This document shows, in pieces, positions 1-10,732 of a stretch of 64,000 nucleotides of DNA (its first letter is position 1; every line of letters starts with the position of its first letter). Below the pieces are notes generated by a model. That model did not search any database and was not told the DNA's origin. It was given only the letters and a program-made list of their open reading frames with translations. Position numbers and translations under genes: made by a program. The DNA is taken from IMG/VR virus record IMGVR_UViG_3300042691_049071; one strand, given 5' to 3'. This DNA comes from an uncultured virus (IMG/VR IMGVR_UViG_3300042691_049071). Lineage: Duplodnaviria > Heunggongvirae > Uroviricota > Caudoviricetes.

Positions 1-70
1 TGCTGTATATTGTAGCATAGATTAATACAAAGCCGTCCTAGAAGGACGGGGTTTTAGACCCAATTTCCCG
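1..70 (-). mobile_element. Left end of an IS200/IS605-family element extending beyond the left window edge
   Basis: 31-70 AGCCGTCCTAGAAGGACGGGGTTTTAGACCCAATTTCCCG aligns without gaps to the end of the complete IS at 46451-46490. Subterminal hairpin CCGTCCT-aga-AGGACGG at 33-49. Confidence 0.8.
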
Positions 71-266
71 CAATAAACCATCCATCCCATTGAGTCCCGT
101 CATCATGAAAATGAGAGGCGAAAGATAGTTTTGGATGTAGTCCAAGAAGTTGGATGAACAACAAACATCGGTGGTCGTAGAGTTCCTCAAAGGTATGGTA
201 GCCATCGGAAATTTTGTTAGGGTCGCAGGGAATGAACTCCTTGCCGATAGTGATTCCTTCTGTCAT
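54..266 (-). pseudogene. Phage protein with DGYHTFxELYxHR motif, truncated by the IS end
   Basis: SDGYHTFEELYDHRCLLF...WDGWFIAG resembles a recurrent phage hypothetical family. The frame stops inside the IS end sequence. Confidence 0.6.
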
Positions 267-474
267 AAGTTTGTAGTATTGGTAAACGATCGCTTAGTAA
301 CCTCGCGATCAAAAAACCTGACTCACCCGTGGAGTCTAAGGTAAAAAATTCAACACCATCTTCGTCTTTGTGGCGTAGTACAATCGACATAATGCTATCA
401 CTTCCGTATTAAGTTGGTAGAGGCTTGGGTAGTCGCATACCGCGAAGCCACAACAATACTACCATAAAATTGCG

Positions 475-3400
475 TTACCTCACTCCGCTAGTAACACCCG
501 CTACTCGTCTCAAGACATTATTAAGCGTGTCATTAACAGCCTTCTGAACATCGTTGCCCACACCCGCCGCAGAGCTGATATTACTTTGAGTATTGATAGC
601 GATCGGGGCATTAACCGTAATATTCCCACTTGTACCCAGAGCTGCGCCCGTGGGATTGCCCTGTTGCTGAGGAACAAGATCTTTGCCGCCAAGACTACCA
701 AAAGCCTGCGCCAATGCTTCTGCTCTTTGAAGCTGAGCTTCGTCAAGCAAGGCGATCGGCTTGTCGAGTTTCTTCTGAGCTTCCTCAAATGCCTTATCGT
801 CGATCTTCAGCGTCACGGGGTTCTCGGAGATCTGCTTTGACACACGGTTGAATTCTGCCTCCAATCCTGCGGTTAAATCTTTAACCTTGAGATCTGGAGC
901 AACCAACACCTTGGAGAAGCCTTCATCGATTTGCTGAATTAACTTGTCGAACGAAGATATGATCGTCTGTTCTGGCTTTGCTTCCTCCGTAGGTTTACCA
1001 CCATACTTAGCGTTAAGCTCCTCAAACGAGTTAGCTTGAGCAGGATACTTCTTGTTAAGCTCCTCAAAGCTGCCTGCCACGCCCTTGTCGGGATACTTCT
1101 TGGCTAACTCCTCAAAACTAGTGGCGAACGGCGCGTTATTAGGTTTAGGTTCAGGTGCAGCCGTAAATACTCCGCCCTGCTCAACCTGCCCAAGCAATGC
1201 TGAGGTGGGGTTCCTAAACGAAGTACCGCGAACATTAACAGGTTGACTTGCCGCAGCCACGGCATTACTTACATCCGTGGTAGTCAATGCTGCTGTACCC
1301 GTATTCTGGGTTAGGCGAGCAAGCTGCTCTCGTTGTAGGCGCTCTTGCAGTGCAGGATTTCTGGTTGCGCCGATAACATCACCGATCGCCGTATTGGTTT
1401 CGCCCTGCTGTTTGTTAGCGAGAGCTTGGCGATCGTTCTTATTAACAATCTCATTAACCTTCGCTTCGTCAGCAATGAAGCCCTTTTCCTGCTGCAATCC
1501 ACCTAATTCAAGGAAATTCTTTTCCTGACCAAGTTTGGCTTGAGCAAGTTTAAGCTTCGCCTCCTCGGACTGGGGACGCAATTTAACTTCAAGTTCGGCG
1601 GCTTTGATGGCAGCATCCTGTGAGGCGATGTCCACCTTCTTCTTGGCGATCGCGATGTCATTCTCGACCTTCTTGCGCTCAAGCAATAAGTCCCGCTTCT
1701 GGATTTCACGCTCCAAGGACTCGGCTTCAAATTTTTGCTGTTGTTTGAGGGAGTTAAGCTTCAGTACAGCCAATTTTTCTGCAAGGATTAGCTTTCTCTC
1801 TTCAAGTTCAAGGTCAGCAAAGTTACCTTCACCACCAGCCTTTCGGATAGCAGCTTGTTGGCGATCGTAAATCTTGTTGAGTGCACTGAACTCAGATTCG
1901 CGCAAAGCCACAGTGGACTGAGCTAGTTTATTTGCCGACTCGGACAGGCGGCTTTGATTTTCAAGGCTCTTTTCCAGTGCAGTAAATAGTAGCTTTTGAC
2001 GCTCAAGCTTGAGATTTTGCTGCTCGATTGTGACTGCGTATTTCTGAGCTTCTAGGACTAGGCGATCGCGTACTGCGGAAACCAGTCCCTCAATTGCTGC
2101 GAGTTCAGCTTCGGCAAGCTGCTTGGTTAGCTCAGCAACTTTTAATCGATTAGCATTCTCGGTTTCCCTGCTAACACCAACACCTTTCTTCTTAAGATCT
2201 TCAATCTGCTTCTGCTTCTGTTGTTCAAGCTGAAGTTCAAGAGTAATACTACGCTTCCGCTCAGCAGCCTCCTGAAGCTTGATTTCGGATTCAAGCTTAA
2301 CCCCCGACTTGCGAAGCTGGGCAATTTGCGCTAGTCGCTGGGTCTCACCAACCTTTTCGGCTTGGAGGGTCTCCTTGATGCGGAAATCGAGAGTTCGCAA
2401 CGCTTCTTCGGCTTGAGCTTTAGCTCTGTCGGCTGCGGCTTTTTGTTCCACCTCAGCAAACCTTCTTTCATCTTCCTTTCTCTGCGCGATCGCAATAGCA
2501 GAAGCATCAGCGGAAGCCTTCTTGGAAGCTGCTAAAGAAGCCCTACCCGCAGCTTCGGCTTCAGGATTTTTCTTGAGAATATTCTCTATCTGCTCTTTAC
2601 GGGCTTGTTGGGCTTTTTCCTGAGCTTCTAGTTCTGCAACCTTTTTGTTGGCGGCATTCCTTCGTTCTTCGACAATTTTGTTTATGTCGAAGAACTGACC
2701 CCTCTTCGCCGCCGCAACAACTCTAGGGTCTTTAAATAGATCCTTTGTCTCCGAGGGAGATAAAGTTGTTGTATTTCCCCGTTCAACGGCTTTCTGTAAT
2801 CGACCTCTCTCTGCTCTAGCTTCAGCAAGAGCTTTGCTAGTACCGCCAAGCTGCGCGGTAACATCATCCAGATCCTTCTGAGATCCCTCACTAAGTTTTA
2901 AGACATCATCTAGCTTACCCTTCTGAGTGGTTATGCCAATAATCTGCTTTTCTAGGTTACTGACCGAGACAGAAACCTCATTGAATTGCCGAACAGTTTC
3001 AGCCGTACCTAGACCACTCTTATTAATCTGATCCAAAGAATCTTTCTTCGCCTTCTCAGCCTTTAAGTCCGTGTTTAGAGACGATATCTTTTGATCAAGA
3101 GCAGGAGCTTGTTGCTTTCTTAAGGCTTCAATCTTGGATGGATCGCCAGTTGCCGCCGCGACCTGAGCTTCGGCTATTAGACGATCGCGCTCAATCTGTT
3201 CTTGCTGCTCCTTGGCATTTCGCTCTCGGATTACCTTTCTCGCCTCAAAGGATTTCTTCTCAGCCTCAAACTGAGCGTCAATTTTGTCTATCTCGTTTTT
3301 ACCTGTCAGGACGCTAGCCTCAGACTCGGAGATCTTGCCAGTGGCGAGCAAAGCTTGAATCTTTGCCTGCTGTACGTCGATTGTGGCAATGCGCTTTTGA

Positions 3401-6400
3401 GCTTCTTTGTTGTATGCCTCAGTAATTGCTTGTTGAGCTTTGATTTGGAGGTCGCGATCAGCGGAGACGTTGGTGGCGATACTGATAAAGTTTTTAGCAA
3501 CCTCGTCAGCCCTTAAAATACCAGCTTCCTGCAAGACCGTAGAAGCCTCCAAGAGTTCAGTCATCTTTGTCTTGAATATCGCAGGGTCTCCCGCAGATCT
3601 AGCCAGAGCTTCTTCGGCGGCTTTATATTTTGCCGTTGACTGCTCAATCGCACTCCCGATGCGAGGTAAATCGATCGGAGCGATTTTGAGATCAACAGAC
3701 TTAAAGGCTTCTTTTAGTTTTGTGGCTTCACCGATCAGGTCTTTGGCTATTTGACTGCTAGCCTTCTTGTTACTCTCGATCTGCTGAATAATAGTATCGA
3801 TATCTCCAATTCTAGTGGCAATGTCTTCCTTCTTGGTCTCAATCGCCAACTCAGTTGCCTTGACAGCTTCAGCATCACCCCTCTCTTGAAGGACGTTCTT
3901 CTTCTGCTCCAGTCGGATCAGTTCTTCCTGTTCAGCAATTAGCTGGGCGAGTCCTTCTCTTTTTTGGAGGTTGATCTCCGCCCTTACCTTAGAAAGAGCA
4001 AGATCTTCGGCAGCGGATCTTGTTTGAATGTCGGATTCTTTTGCATTCGTCCCAGAAAGAGAGCCAAGTCCAGCTATGAATTTTTTGCCAAAGTCTTGCT
4101 CGTATTCTTTTTCCACTTCTGCCCTGATTCTTGCTTCGGGATCTACTGGAGTTGCTTGCAAGCTCCTGAGTTGTTGGAGCTTGGCTATCTGGCGATCATA
4201 AAGTTTCAAGGTAGGATCGTCAACCAAGATTTTTGGATCTCGAATAGCGTCAACATACTTCTGCCTAGCGATTGTTAGTTTATTAAGCTCGCCAAGCGCG
4301 TCTTTACCTTGGGACGCATTAAGAATATCAATCTTTTGTTTAGTGTCTTTAAGTGCGTTTCCAAGCCTCTCAGCCCCGTTCGCCACTGTCTTGTTTTGTT
4401 CGTCAATAAACCCGATATACGTGGTAATACCAGCAAACAGAGCCGTCAGTAGCAGGGTTGGTCCAACCTCCGCAATAACATTCTTGAATGAGTTGACAAG
4501 CCCCTTCGCTGCTTTTCTAACAGGGATGTCGAGCTGTTCGGCTTGAGCGCTAAGTCTTTGGATATTAGCGTCTATATTCTGAGCGTCTTTCCCTATCTTC
4601 TCCAGACTAGAACCGTTAGCAGATAACCCTGTACTCGGATCTATGGTTTTAGCTTCAGCAGCAAGGGCTTTTCGCTTTTCGTTAAAGGATTTTAATTCCT
4701 CTAGGGTTTTAAGCCTTTCAGCTCGATTAGGATCAATAAATTGCCCCGCTCTAACGTCTAATTCTTGCAAGAAGTTTCTATTACTTTTTTCTCCTTTTCC
4801 AGAAAGAGATGCAGCGATCGCCTTCCCAGTATCTTTTGCTTGAGCAACAGCATTCTCAAAGCCCTTCGAGACGAAAGCTCCTACATCAAAAGATCCGATA
4901 TTTCTAAGAGTTTTGCCTAGATCGAACTGACTGAGCTTTATCAGAGCAGAGTCGATTTTGCCCGAAAAAGCAAGAACCTGATCTCCCGCTTTTAGGAAGC
5001 TGTTTAGCAATCCAACTCCAACCGCATCCCTAATCTTTGCTAGCTGGGCTAGAGGTTTTTCTAAAACAAGTTGACTAAGTGGCGCTACCAGCTTCTGATC
5101 TTCGATGGATGCCTTAACCGCATTGACTTGGGCGATCGCGTATTCCCTTTGAACCTTTGCTATTTTGGAGGCTTCTGGATCTATATTGACATTTATCCGA
5201 GCCTCTTTTGACGCTCGAATAATATCCTTCTCAATTTCTTTCACCCTAAGCTTTGCTTGGGCTACATCCTTGTCTGTTATTAGTTTTTGAGGAATACTAA
5301 CTTCGGTTTTTCCTTCCCTAAACTCTTTGGATACTCTTGTCGCAGCCTCTTTTGCGTCTCTAGCTTGGGATGCCTTTTCCCTAAGCTCAGAAGCTCTGGC
5401 TAGATTGTTTTCCTGAATAGCTTTTTTTTCTTGAGCCAACAAACTTAGCTCTTCTTTTTTTGATTTAAGCGCTTCCCTTAAACTTGTTTGAGAAACCTCC
5501 TTTCTTAATCCTTCGTCCTTGGGCAGCAGTGGCGCTACAAAAGTCTTTGTCTTCCCCTCCTCCTTGGCTAAGCCCAAGATTTCTTTGAGGCTGTCGTTAG
5601 CTCTTTTAATCTTGGTGAATGTTTCTGAAATACCAGTACTCAGGGTTCCGATACTGTTGTTAACACCCTTAAAAACAGCAGAAAGCGTACCACCAAAAAG
5701 TTTTACTACGGCGATCGCTATTAAAAGCCCTCCAACTATCTTTTGAAAGGGGTTTGAATTCTCCCCAAAAGTAAAGAGTGGCAATATCGTGTCGCCAATC
5801 AACTTAAAGACGGGAGCTAATATAGCTCCAACGGTATCGGCAAACTTACGGATTGCTGCCGTCAAGTCCTGAATTATCTTTTGTAAGCCTTTGTTTTTCA
5901 GGATTAACTGATCTAAAAAGACAAAACCAACTCCAACCCCAGCCCCTAGCAGTACGCTATTAACAGCAAATTCCCTCGCCGCCGCACCTGCAAGTTGTAA
6001 GCTCTTAGCAAAGAGCGAGTTAGCTTTTTCAGCATTGCTGGCGACCCCAGTAAATTTAGCAAGTTGTTTTGAAGCGTCGTTGATTAAGGGCGCGAGGCTA
6101 CCAAAGATTTCGCTTTTTCCGACAATACGAGAAAGAACGAGTAAAGCCCCTGGCGCGCCAATAAACGCTTTCTCAAAAACGGTTTTTAAAGCGGGAAATG
6201 CTTGAGCAAGACCAGCTAACTTGATACCTAGCCCGCCGATTTGTGGAGCTAGGGAAACCAAGAACCCTGACAAAGGAGCCAATCCTCCCAGTAGTCCCTG
6301 CAACTGTTTCGTTGCGAAGCTTGCTGCCCCAGGTATCTTGTCTAAGTTAGCCGCAAAGGTTAAAAATCCAGCAGCACCTCTATTTCCGAGAACAGAAGTA

Positions 6401-9165
6401 AGGTTCAAGAACTGATTGAAGAGACTATTCGATCTCTTGTCAACTATAAACAGTAACTCACCGACCCCTGGAAGAATCTTGGACAAGAACCCAAAGCCTT
6501 GCCCTAGCCCCAATATTCCTGCCGACAATACTTTAGCTCCGACAGAAGCGGTAATAAATGCGCCGCCCAAAGGAGCCACCAGCTTAAAGATCTCAAGGAA
6601 AACCGCGATCGCTGGCTTAAGGATATTAATAGCAAAGACTACTGAATCTGAGAAGGCTGTAATAGCCCCCGCTAATGACTCCACCAAATACTCTGGAATT
6701 GCGCCAAAAAGCTGGGCTATGGGATCGCTTAAAGCCTTAAACAGAACAACAATCTTGTCGAAAGCTCGAAAGAAAATAGAAACCAGTTTCTCGACCTGTG
6801 TTGATATAACATCTTGGTTTGCCGCAAGAAATTTGTAAACACCGTCTAGCTCCTTAACGATGGGAGCTAAGAACTTAGCCCCAGCTTTGCGTCCAATCTC
6901 GTCAAATACCTCTTGGATGTTGCTCGTGATCCCTGATATCGTCTGGCTTGCGAGCTTGTTGCCAACCTTAAATGCTTCCAGCTTCCTGAGTAGTTCATCA
7001 ACAAAAGTCCCCTGCGCCTTCCACTTTGAGACCATCTCATTATTGATGCTGAGATTCTTCGCAAGCACAGAGTTTTGGTCGATAGTTCCTTGAACAATTG
7101 AGGTTATTTCTTGCCTTGCTTGGAACAAAGGCACTCCCAGAGTCCCTAGCGCCGCAGCCGTCGAGGTAACGATATTTGCGGATTGATCTAGATTTGCCCC
7201 AATCGAACTGGCTTGACCCGCGACGATTTGAAACAAATCGACGAGATCTTTTGAAGTTACCCCCACTAATTCCAATGAGTCTTTACGAATCTTCGCGATC
7301 GCGCCTTCAACCGCAGGACCAAGAGCCTGAATAGCCTTGGTTGGGTCGGATATTGTTACACCATTCTGGATAATACGATTCGTCGCAACGAGGCTGGCTT
7401 GTGTCGCTAGCAACTGTTCTTGAAGCCTTGCGTTTTGCCCAATTAATAACTGGAATGGCCCGTTCTGCACAAACCCCTGTAAAGCTTGCAATCCAAAAGA
7501 CAGGAAAGTAAGTCGCTGCGAAACCTCAAAAACAGCGTTGGTCGCTTTACTCGCACCCGTCTCTAGCAGTTCAAATAGTTCTAATGGTTCTGTAGCGCCA
7601 GCGATCGGATCTGACACCAAAGAAACTAAGCTGATTGGCTGAACAAGCTTCTGGGGTACTTGAGAAATCTTTTCTAGGCTACCAAGTACAAACGCATCAA
7701 TGTTATCGAGAACACCTGTAATTTCTTCAAAAACAGCAGCGCGAAAACCTTCAGCAAAGCTAGAAGCAGCTTTATTCCCCGCGAGAGTCAGAGCTTCGGT
7801 AATGCCGCCGCCAAGGAACTCGTCTACCTGAGCTATATATTCAGCGATCGCGCCACCACCTTTAATACTGTCAAGCCCAGCACCAAGCCCGTCATCAAAG
7901 CCTTTAGCTAGATCCCTTGAAGTCTTTTTGAGGGGATCTAAAATCCCAACAGAGAAAGTCGCTGCATCAATTCCGATTAGCTTCTTTAAGTTGTCTTTCT
8001 GGGCATTAAAAGCGGGCGCAACAACAAGATCAAATACCGCATTAAGATCGTCGTCTAAAAGATTTCTCCTAATATTCCTCAGATTAGAAAAAGCCGTCTC
8101 TACAAGAAAATTCCCCGCCGCTTGGAGTTCATTCTTAGAAGTTACCTGTGCAGCCCCTCTTAACTTGGTGGCAAGCAGCTTGCCGATAGGCAGGTTCCCT
8201 TTTTCTAAAACGTCGGGGAACCTCTGTCCAAGTCGATCAATAACATCGCCCAAAGCGCCGCCAAGTTGAGCGTCTATCTCCTTAAACTCTGCGCTTGCAG
8301 GGGTTCTTTCACCTAAAACGGCTTGAGCTACCTTTTTCCCAAATGCGTTAGATAGTTTTGCGCCAGCTAACTGGGCTGATTCAAGGTTCGGGGTTAACTC
8401 TCCAACTGCCAGTTCTCTAGCAGCTCCGACAACCGATCCTTGAGCGAGCTTCCCAGCTACTCCACCCAATAGGTTTGACTTCCCCGCCGCTTGAATCGAT
8501 TGAACGATCTTTGAAGTTAAATTCACCCCAAAAACACTACCTAGTGCAGTATCGAGGGCGCTAGGTAGTGTTTTGCCTACAAATCCCGATAACAGTGTTT
8601 CTGACAAGGAACTGTCTAGCTGTGCCGACAGTGAGTCGATACTCACACCTAGTTTTGACTCAAAAGCGGTAGCAAGATCGGAGTTCTTAATTTTTTGTTC
8701 AAGTGTCTTTGAGAATGTGTCGGCAGTCTTGATGACGACATTTTCAAGCTGCTTGCCCATTACCGCAGGATCAAAAAGCTGAATAGTACTACTTGAGGAT
8801 CTAGAGGTAAAACCCGAACCAAAATCCTTAGAGACCCCTGAGACCTCTTTGACTAACACCGAAAGCCTTGCGGTCTTGTTTAAGGCTTCGTCCGCAGCGG
8901 TCGAAAGCTGTTGAATTAGTGTTTGACCAACTGGAGTGTCTAGCGCCGATCGCACTGACTGAACAGCATCGCCAAGCAACCCTAGCGACTTTATGCCCGA
9001 TACGGAAGTTGCAAGTAATGCTCCGCCGAAAGCTGTTATTTTTCCCTGAGCAAACTGTGCTGCCGCTCCCGCAGTTCCAAGGGAGTCGCTTAATACGCCA
9101 ATAGTCTTTGAGGCTTGATCCTTGGCTTGGATTAAGATTTCGACAACATTTGTCTGCGGAGCCAT
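475..9165 (-). CDS. Tail tape measure protein (~2900 aa)
   Basis: N-terminal VEILIQAKDQAS; Ala/Gly/Leu-rich helical body with a TMP core (..QARQEITSIVQG..) followed by long coiled coils. ATG at 9165 preferred over TTG at 9177. Confidence 0.85.
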   Translation of the reverse strand: MAPQTNVVEILIQAKDQASKTIGVLSDSLGTAGAAAQFAQGKITAFGGALLATSVSGIKSLGLLGDAVQSVRSALDTPVGQTLIQQLSTAADEALNKTARLSVLVKEVSGVSKDFGSGFTSRSSSSTIQLFDPAVMGKQLENVVIKTADTFSKTLEQKIKNSDLATAFESKLGVSIDSLSAQLDSSLSETLLSGFVGKTLPSALDTALGSVFGVNLTSKIVQSIQAAGKSNLLGGVAGKLAQGSVVGAARELAVGELTPNLESAQLAGAKLSNAFGKKVAQAVLGERTPASAEFKEIDAQLGGALGDVIDRLGQRFPDVLEKGNLPIGKLLATKLRGAAQVTSKNELQAAGNFLVETAFSNLRNIRRNLLDDDLNAVFDLVVAPAFNAQKDNLKKLIGIDAATFSVGILDPLKKTSRDLAKGFDDGLGAGLDSIKGGGAIAEYIAQVDEFLGGGITEALTLAGNKAASSFAEGFRAAVFEEITGVLDNIDAFVLGSLEKISQVPQKLVQPISLVSLVSDPIAGATEPLELFELLETGASKATNAVFEVSQRLTFLSFGLQALQGFVQNGPFQLLIGQNARLQEQLLATQASLVATNRIIQNGVTISDPTKAIQALGPAVEGAIAKIRKDSLELVGVTSKDLVDLFQIVAGQASSIGANLDQSANIVTSTAAALGTLGVPLFQARQEITSIVQGTIDQNSVLAKNLSINNEMVSKWKAQGTFVDELLRKLEAFKVGNKLASQTISGITSNIQEVFDEIGRKAGAKFLAPIVKELDGVYKFLAANQDVISTQVEKLVSIFFRAFDKIVVLFKALSDPIAQLFGAIPEYLVESLAGAITAFSDSVVFAINILKPAIAVFLEIFKLVAPLGGAFITASVGAKVLSAGILGLGQGFGFLSKILPGVGELLFIVDKRSNSLFNQFLNLTSVLGNRGAAGFLTFAANLDKIPGAASFATKQLQGLLGGLAPLSGFLVSLAPQIGGLGIKLAGLAQAFPALKTVFEKAFIGAPGALLVLSRIVGKSEIFGSLAPLINDASKQLAKFTGVASNAEKANSLFAKSLQLAGAAAREFAVNSVLLGAGVGVGFVFLDQLILKNKGLQKIIQDLTAAIRKFADTVGAILAPVFKLIGDTILPLFTFGENSNPFQKIVGGLLIAIAVVKLFGGTLSAVFKGVNNSIGTLSTGISETFTKIKRANDSLKEILGLAKEEGKTKTFVAPLLPKDEGLRKEVSQTSLREALKSKKEELSLLAQEKKAIQENNLARASELREKASQARDAKEAATRVSKEFREGKTEVSIPQKLITDKDVAQAKLRVKEIEKDIIRASKEARINVNIDPEASKIAKVQREYAIAQVNAVKASIEDQKLVAPLSQLVLEKPLAQLAKIRDAVGVGLLNSFLKAGDQVLAFSGKIDSALIKLSQFDLGKTLRNIGSFDVGAFVSKGFENAVAQAKDTGKAIAASLSGKGEKSNRNFLQELDVRAGQFIDPNRAERLKTLEELKSFNEKRKALAAEAKTIDPSTGLSANGSSLEKIGKDAQNIDANIQRLSAQAEQLDIPVRKAAKGLVNSFKNVIAEVGPTLLLTALFAGITTYIGFIDEQNKTVANGAERLGNALKDTKQKIDILNASQGKDALGELNKLTIARQKYVDAIRDPKILVDDPTLKLYDRQIAKLQQLRSLQATPVDPEARIRAEVEKEYEQDFGKKFIAGLGSLSGTNAKESDIQTRSAAEDLALSKVRAEINLQKREGLAQLIAEQEELIRLEQKKNVLQERGDAEAVKATELAIETKKEDIATRIGDIDTIIQQIESNKKASSQIAKDLIGEATKLKEAFKSVDLKIAPIDLPRIGSAIEQSTAKYKAAEEALARSAGDPAIFKTKMTELLEASTVLQEAGILRADEVAKNFISIATNVSADRDLQIKAQQAITEAYNKEAQKRIATIDVQQAKIQALLATGKISESEASVLTGKNEIDKIDAQFEAEKKSFEARKVIRERNAKEQQEQIERDRLIAEAQVAAATGDPSKIEALRKQQAPALDQKISSLNTDLKAEKAKKDSLDQINKSGLGTAETVRQFNEVSVSVSNLEKQIIGITTQKGKLDDVLKLSEGSQKDLDDVTAQLGGTSKALAEARAERGRLQKAVERGNTTTLSPSETKDLFKDPRVVAAAKRGQFFDINKIVEERRNAANKKVAELEAQEKAQQARKEQIENILKKNPEAEAAGRASLAASKKASADASAIAIAQRKEDERRFAEVEQKAAADRAKAQAEEALRTLDFRIKETLQAEKVGETQRLAQIAQLRKSGVKLESEIKLQEAAERKRSITLELQLEQQKQKQIEDLKKKGVGVSRETENANRLKVAELTKQLAEAELAAIEGLVSAVRDRLVLEAQKYAVTIEQQNLKLERQKLLFTALEKSLENQSRLSESANKLAQSTVALRESEFSALNKIYDRQQAAIRKAGGEGNFADLELEERKLILAEKLAVLKLNSLKQQQKFEAESLEREIQKRDLLLERKKVENDIAIAKKKVDIASQDAAIKAAELEVKLRPQSEEAKLKLAQAKLGQEKNFLELGGLQQEKGFIADEAKVNEIVNKNDRQALANKQQGETNTAIGDVIGATRNPALQERLQREQLARLTQNTGTAALTTTDVSNAVAAASQPVNVRGTSFRNPTSALLGQVEQGGVFTAAPEPKPNNAPFATSFEELAKKYPDKGVAGSFEELNKKYPAQANSFEELNAKYGGKPTEEAKPEQTIISSFDKLIQQIDEGFSKVLVAPDLKVKDLTAGLEAEFNRVSKQISENPVTLKIDDKAFEEAQKKLDKPIALLDEAQLQRAEALAQAFGSLGGKDLVPQQQGNPTGAALGTSGNITVNAPIAINTQSNISSAAGVGNDVQKAVNDTLNNVLRRVAGVTSGVR

Positions 9166-9200
9166 AAGAATAACCAAAAATAGTCTTCTTGGTTATTCTT
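9166..9200. promoter_or_regulatory. 12-bp perfect hairpin directly upstream of the tape-measure ATG
   Basis: AAGAATAACCAA (9166-9177) / TTGGTTATTCTT (9189-9200). Confidence 0.55.
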
Positions 9201-9213
9201 GCAGCGTCAACCA

Positions 9214-9564
9214 TTACTTTATTTTTTCTGGCTCATATCGAGATACCAAAGCCCATACCAAGTCGTCCGACGGCTTAATCTTGAGATCGCTCCACTCGCC
9301 AAGGTACTTGTAATACCTAGCGCAACTATCTTCTACCCTGTTTATAGTCTCTATTGTGTTCCTGTATTTCTCCTCGCTTTCATTGAAGCTCGCAATATTT
9401 TTTAAAAATTGCTCTTTTTCTCCTAACAGTTTGTAGCCTGACCGACACAGTTTGTAGTCTGGATATATCGCTGAAACGGCTAGATCGGCGCGAGCATGAT
9501 TAAAGAGACTAACCACACCTAGTCCGCCCACCAAGACGGCTAGTACAACAAATATCTTTTTCAT
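9214..9564 (-). CDS. Small secreted or membrane-anchored hypothetical protein (moron-like)
   Basis: MKKIFVVLAVLVGGLGVV signal-like N-terminus. TATAAT lies upstream on the minus strand (9588-9593). Confidence 0.7.
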   Translation of the reverse strand: MKKIFVVLAVLVGGLGVVSLFNHARADLAVSAIYPDYKLCRSGYKLLGEKEQFLKNIASFNESEEKYRNTIETINRVEDSCARYYKYLGEWSDLKIKPSDDLVWALVSRYEPEKIK

Positions 9565-9617
9565 TGTTTTTACGATTTCTTTGTGGCATTATAGCGCGAT
9601 CGCTAACGACGTTTTCA

Positions 9618-10247
9618 CTATCTTGCGATCAGTATTCGCAAGCGATAAGAATCTTTCTTTTGCTCTGAACTGGAGCTAGGCTTGTTATTCCTTACCAAGT
9701 TAGCCACGTATTTTTTCTCGAAATCGGACTCCAGCTTTGTAAACTCTCCTCCTATCTTTACTGCGTACAACTGAGTTTTTGGCATACTTGGCAACGGGGT
9801 AAAACCTTCTTTTTCGTAAATACTTCTCCTTTTCTCTCCAGCGTCATCCTTATCATAGGGAGAACACCTGATCACGCAGTCTTCTGGAAGTAAATCTAGG
9901 TGTTCTTTAAAAGCGTTTTTTGATATTTTTATTATTTTTTTAGCGGTACTTGAATCCATACCCCCTTTTCTATCAAAAGACTCGTTAACTTGAAACCCCA
10001 TTTCGTATATAGGACTGCCCTCTCTTTCACCTCTTTTTAAACTCCCAAATGTAATAATCGCAGATCCTGCACTACCCACTGTGTAAACACTACCATTGTC
10101 TTTGTGTTTGTAAGTAAAAGAGTTGTTTTTCGTATCTACCGAAGACAACTGAAAACCCCATCTAGGAACTATCTGTTTCGCAAAAAACATTTTAGTCGCT
10201 CCAACTAGATCTTTCGCTTCTTCCTTTCGCTTTTTTGGGATATTCAT
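9618..10247 (-). CDS. Hypothetical protein with GNAT-like C-terminal motif; probably the 3' part of a split gene starting at 10732
   Basis: RRSIYEKEGF resembles GNAT motif B. The frame is open upstream to 10481 without an ATG. Confidence 0.55.
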   Translation of the reverse strand: MNIPKKRKEEAKDLVGATKMFFAKQIVPRWGFQLSSVDTKNNSFTYKHKDNGSVYTVGSAGSAIITFGSLKRGEREGSPIYEMGFQVNESFDRKGGMDSSTAKKIIKISKNAFKEHLDLLPEDCVIRCSPYDKDDAGEKRRSIYEKEGFTPLPSMPKTQLYAVKIGGEFTKLESDFEKKYVANLVRNNKPSSSSEQKKDSYRLRILIAR

Positions 10248-10573
10248 TTTGTCGATAATCGCGTCCGCTTTTTCTCCCTGCGATATTGATGCTTGGTAGG
10301 CAGAAAGCAGAGCAGCATCTGTTATTTGATACTTTTTATCAAGAGCGTTAACACCGATATAAGAAGTCGCTAAAGCAGCCGCAACTCCAACCCCAGTTGC
10401 AGCACCTCGGAGTTTAATATTGTTGGTCTTCTCCGTGTTATTACCAAAAGATACGTCAACCGATTTTCGTGTCGCTTTACTTTATAAAGACTCGCCTTCG
10501 CTCTTTTTTGCCGCGATCGCCGCCGCGCCACCAACCAAAGCCGCAGTACCTAGCCCTACACCAATATTCCGAG

Positions 10574-10732
10574 CTAAATCACCAGCAGCCTTCTTTCGCC
10601 AATCTTCTGACAGGCACTCCCACGCTGGATATACCCCTGTTTACATTTAATTTTCTTGCCGCTGTCACGGCGCAAAACTACAGATACCTGTCCTTCAAGG
10701 TAGGCTAAATCGTTGGCTAAATCCCCCGTCAT
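10574..10732 (-). CDS. 52-aa ORF absent from the ORF track: leader module of the putative cargo-protein family
   Basis: Manual translation MTGDLANDLAYLEGQVSVVLRRDSGKKIKCKQGYIQRGSACQKIGERRLLVI*. ATGA overlap with the upstream stop. Confidence 0.6.
   Translation of the reverse strand: MTGDLANDLAYLEGQVSVVLRRDSGKKIKCKQGYIQRGSACQKIGERRLLVI

Noticed and set aside
510..9313. Numerous 60-140-aa ORFs overlapping the tape-measure gene, and similar ones over other long CDSs
   Set aside because: Antisense or alternative-frame shadows with no recognisable motifs.
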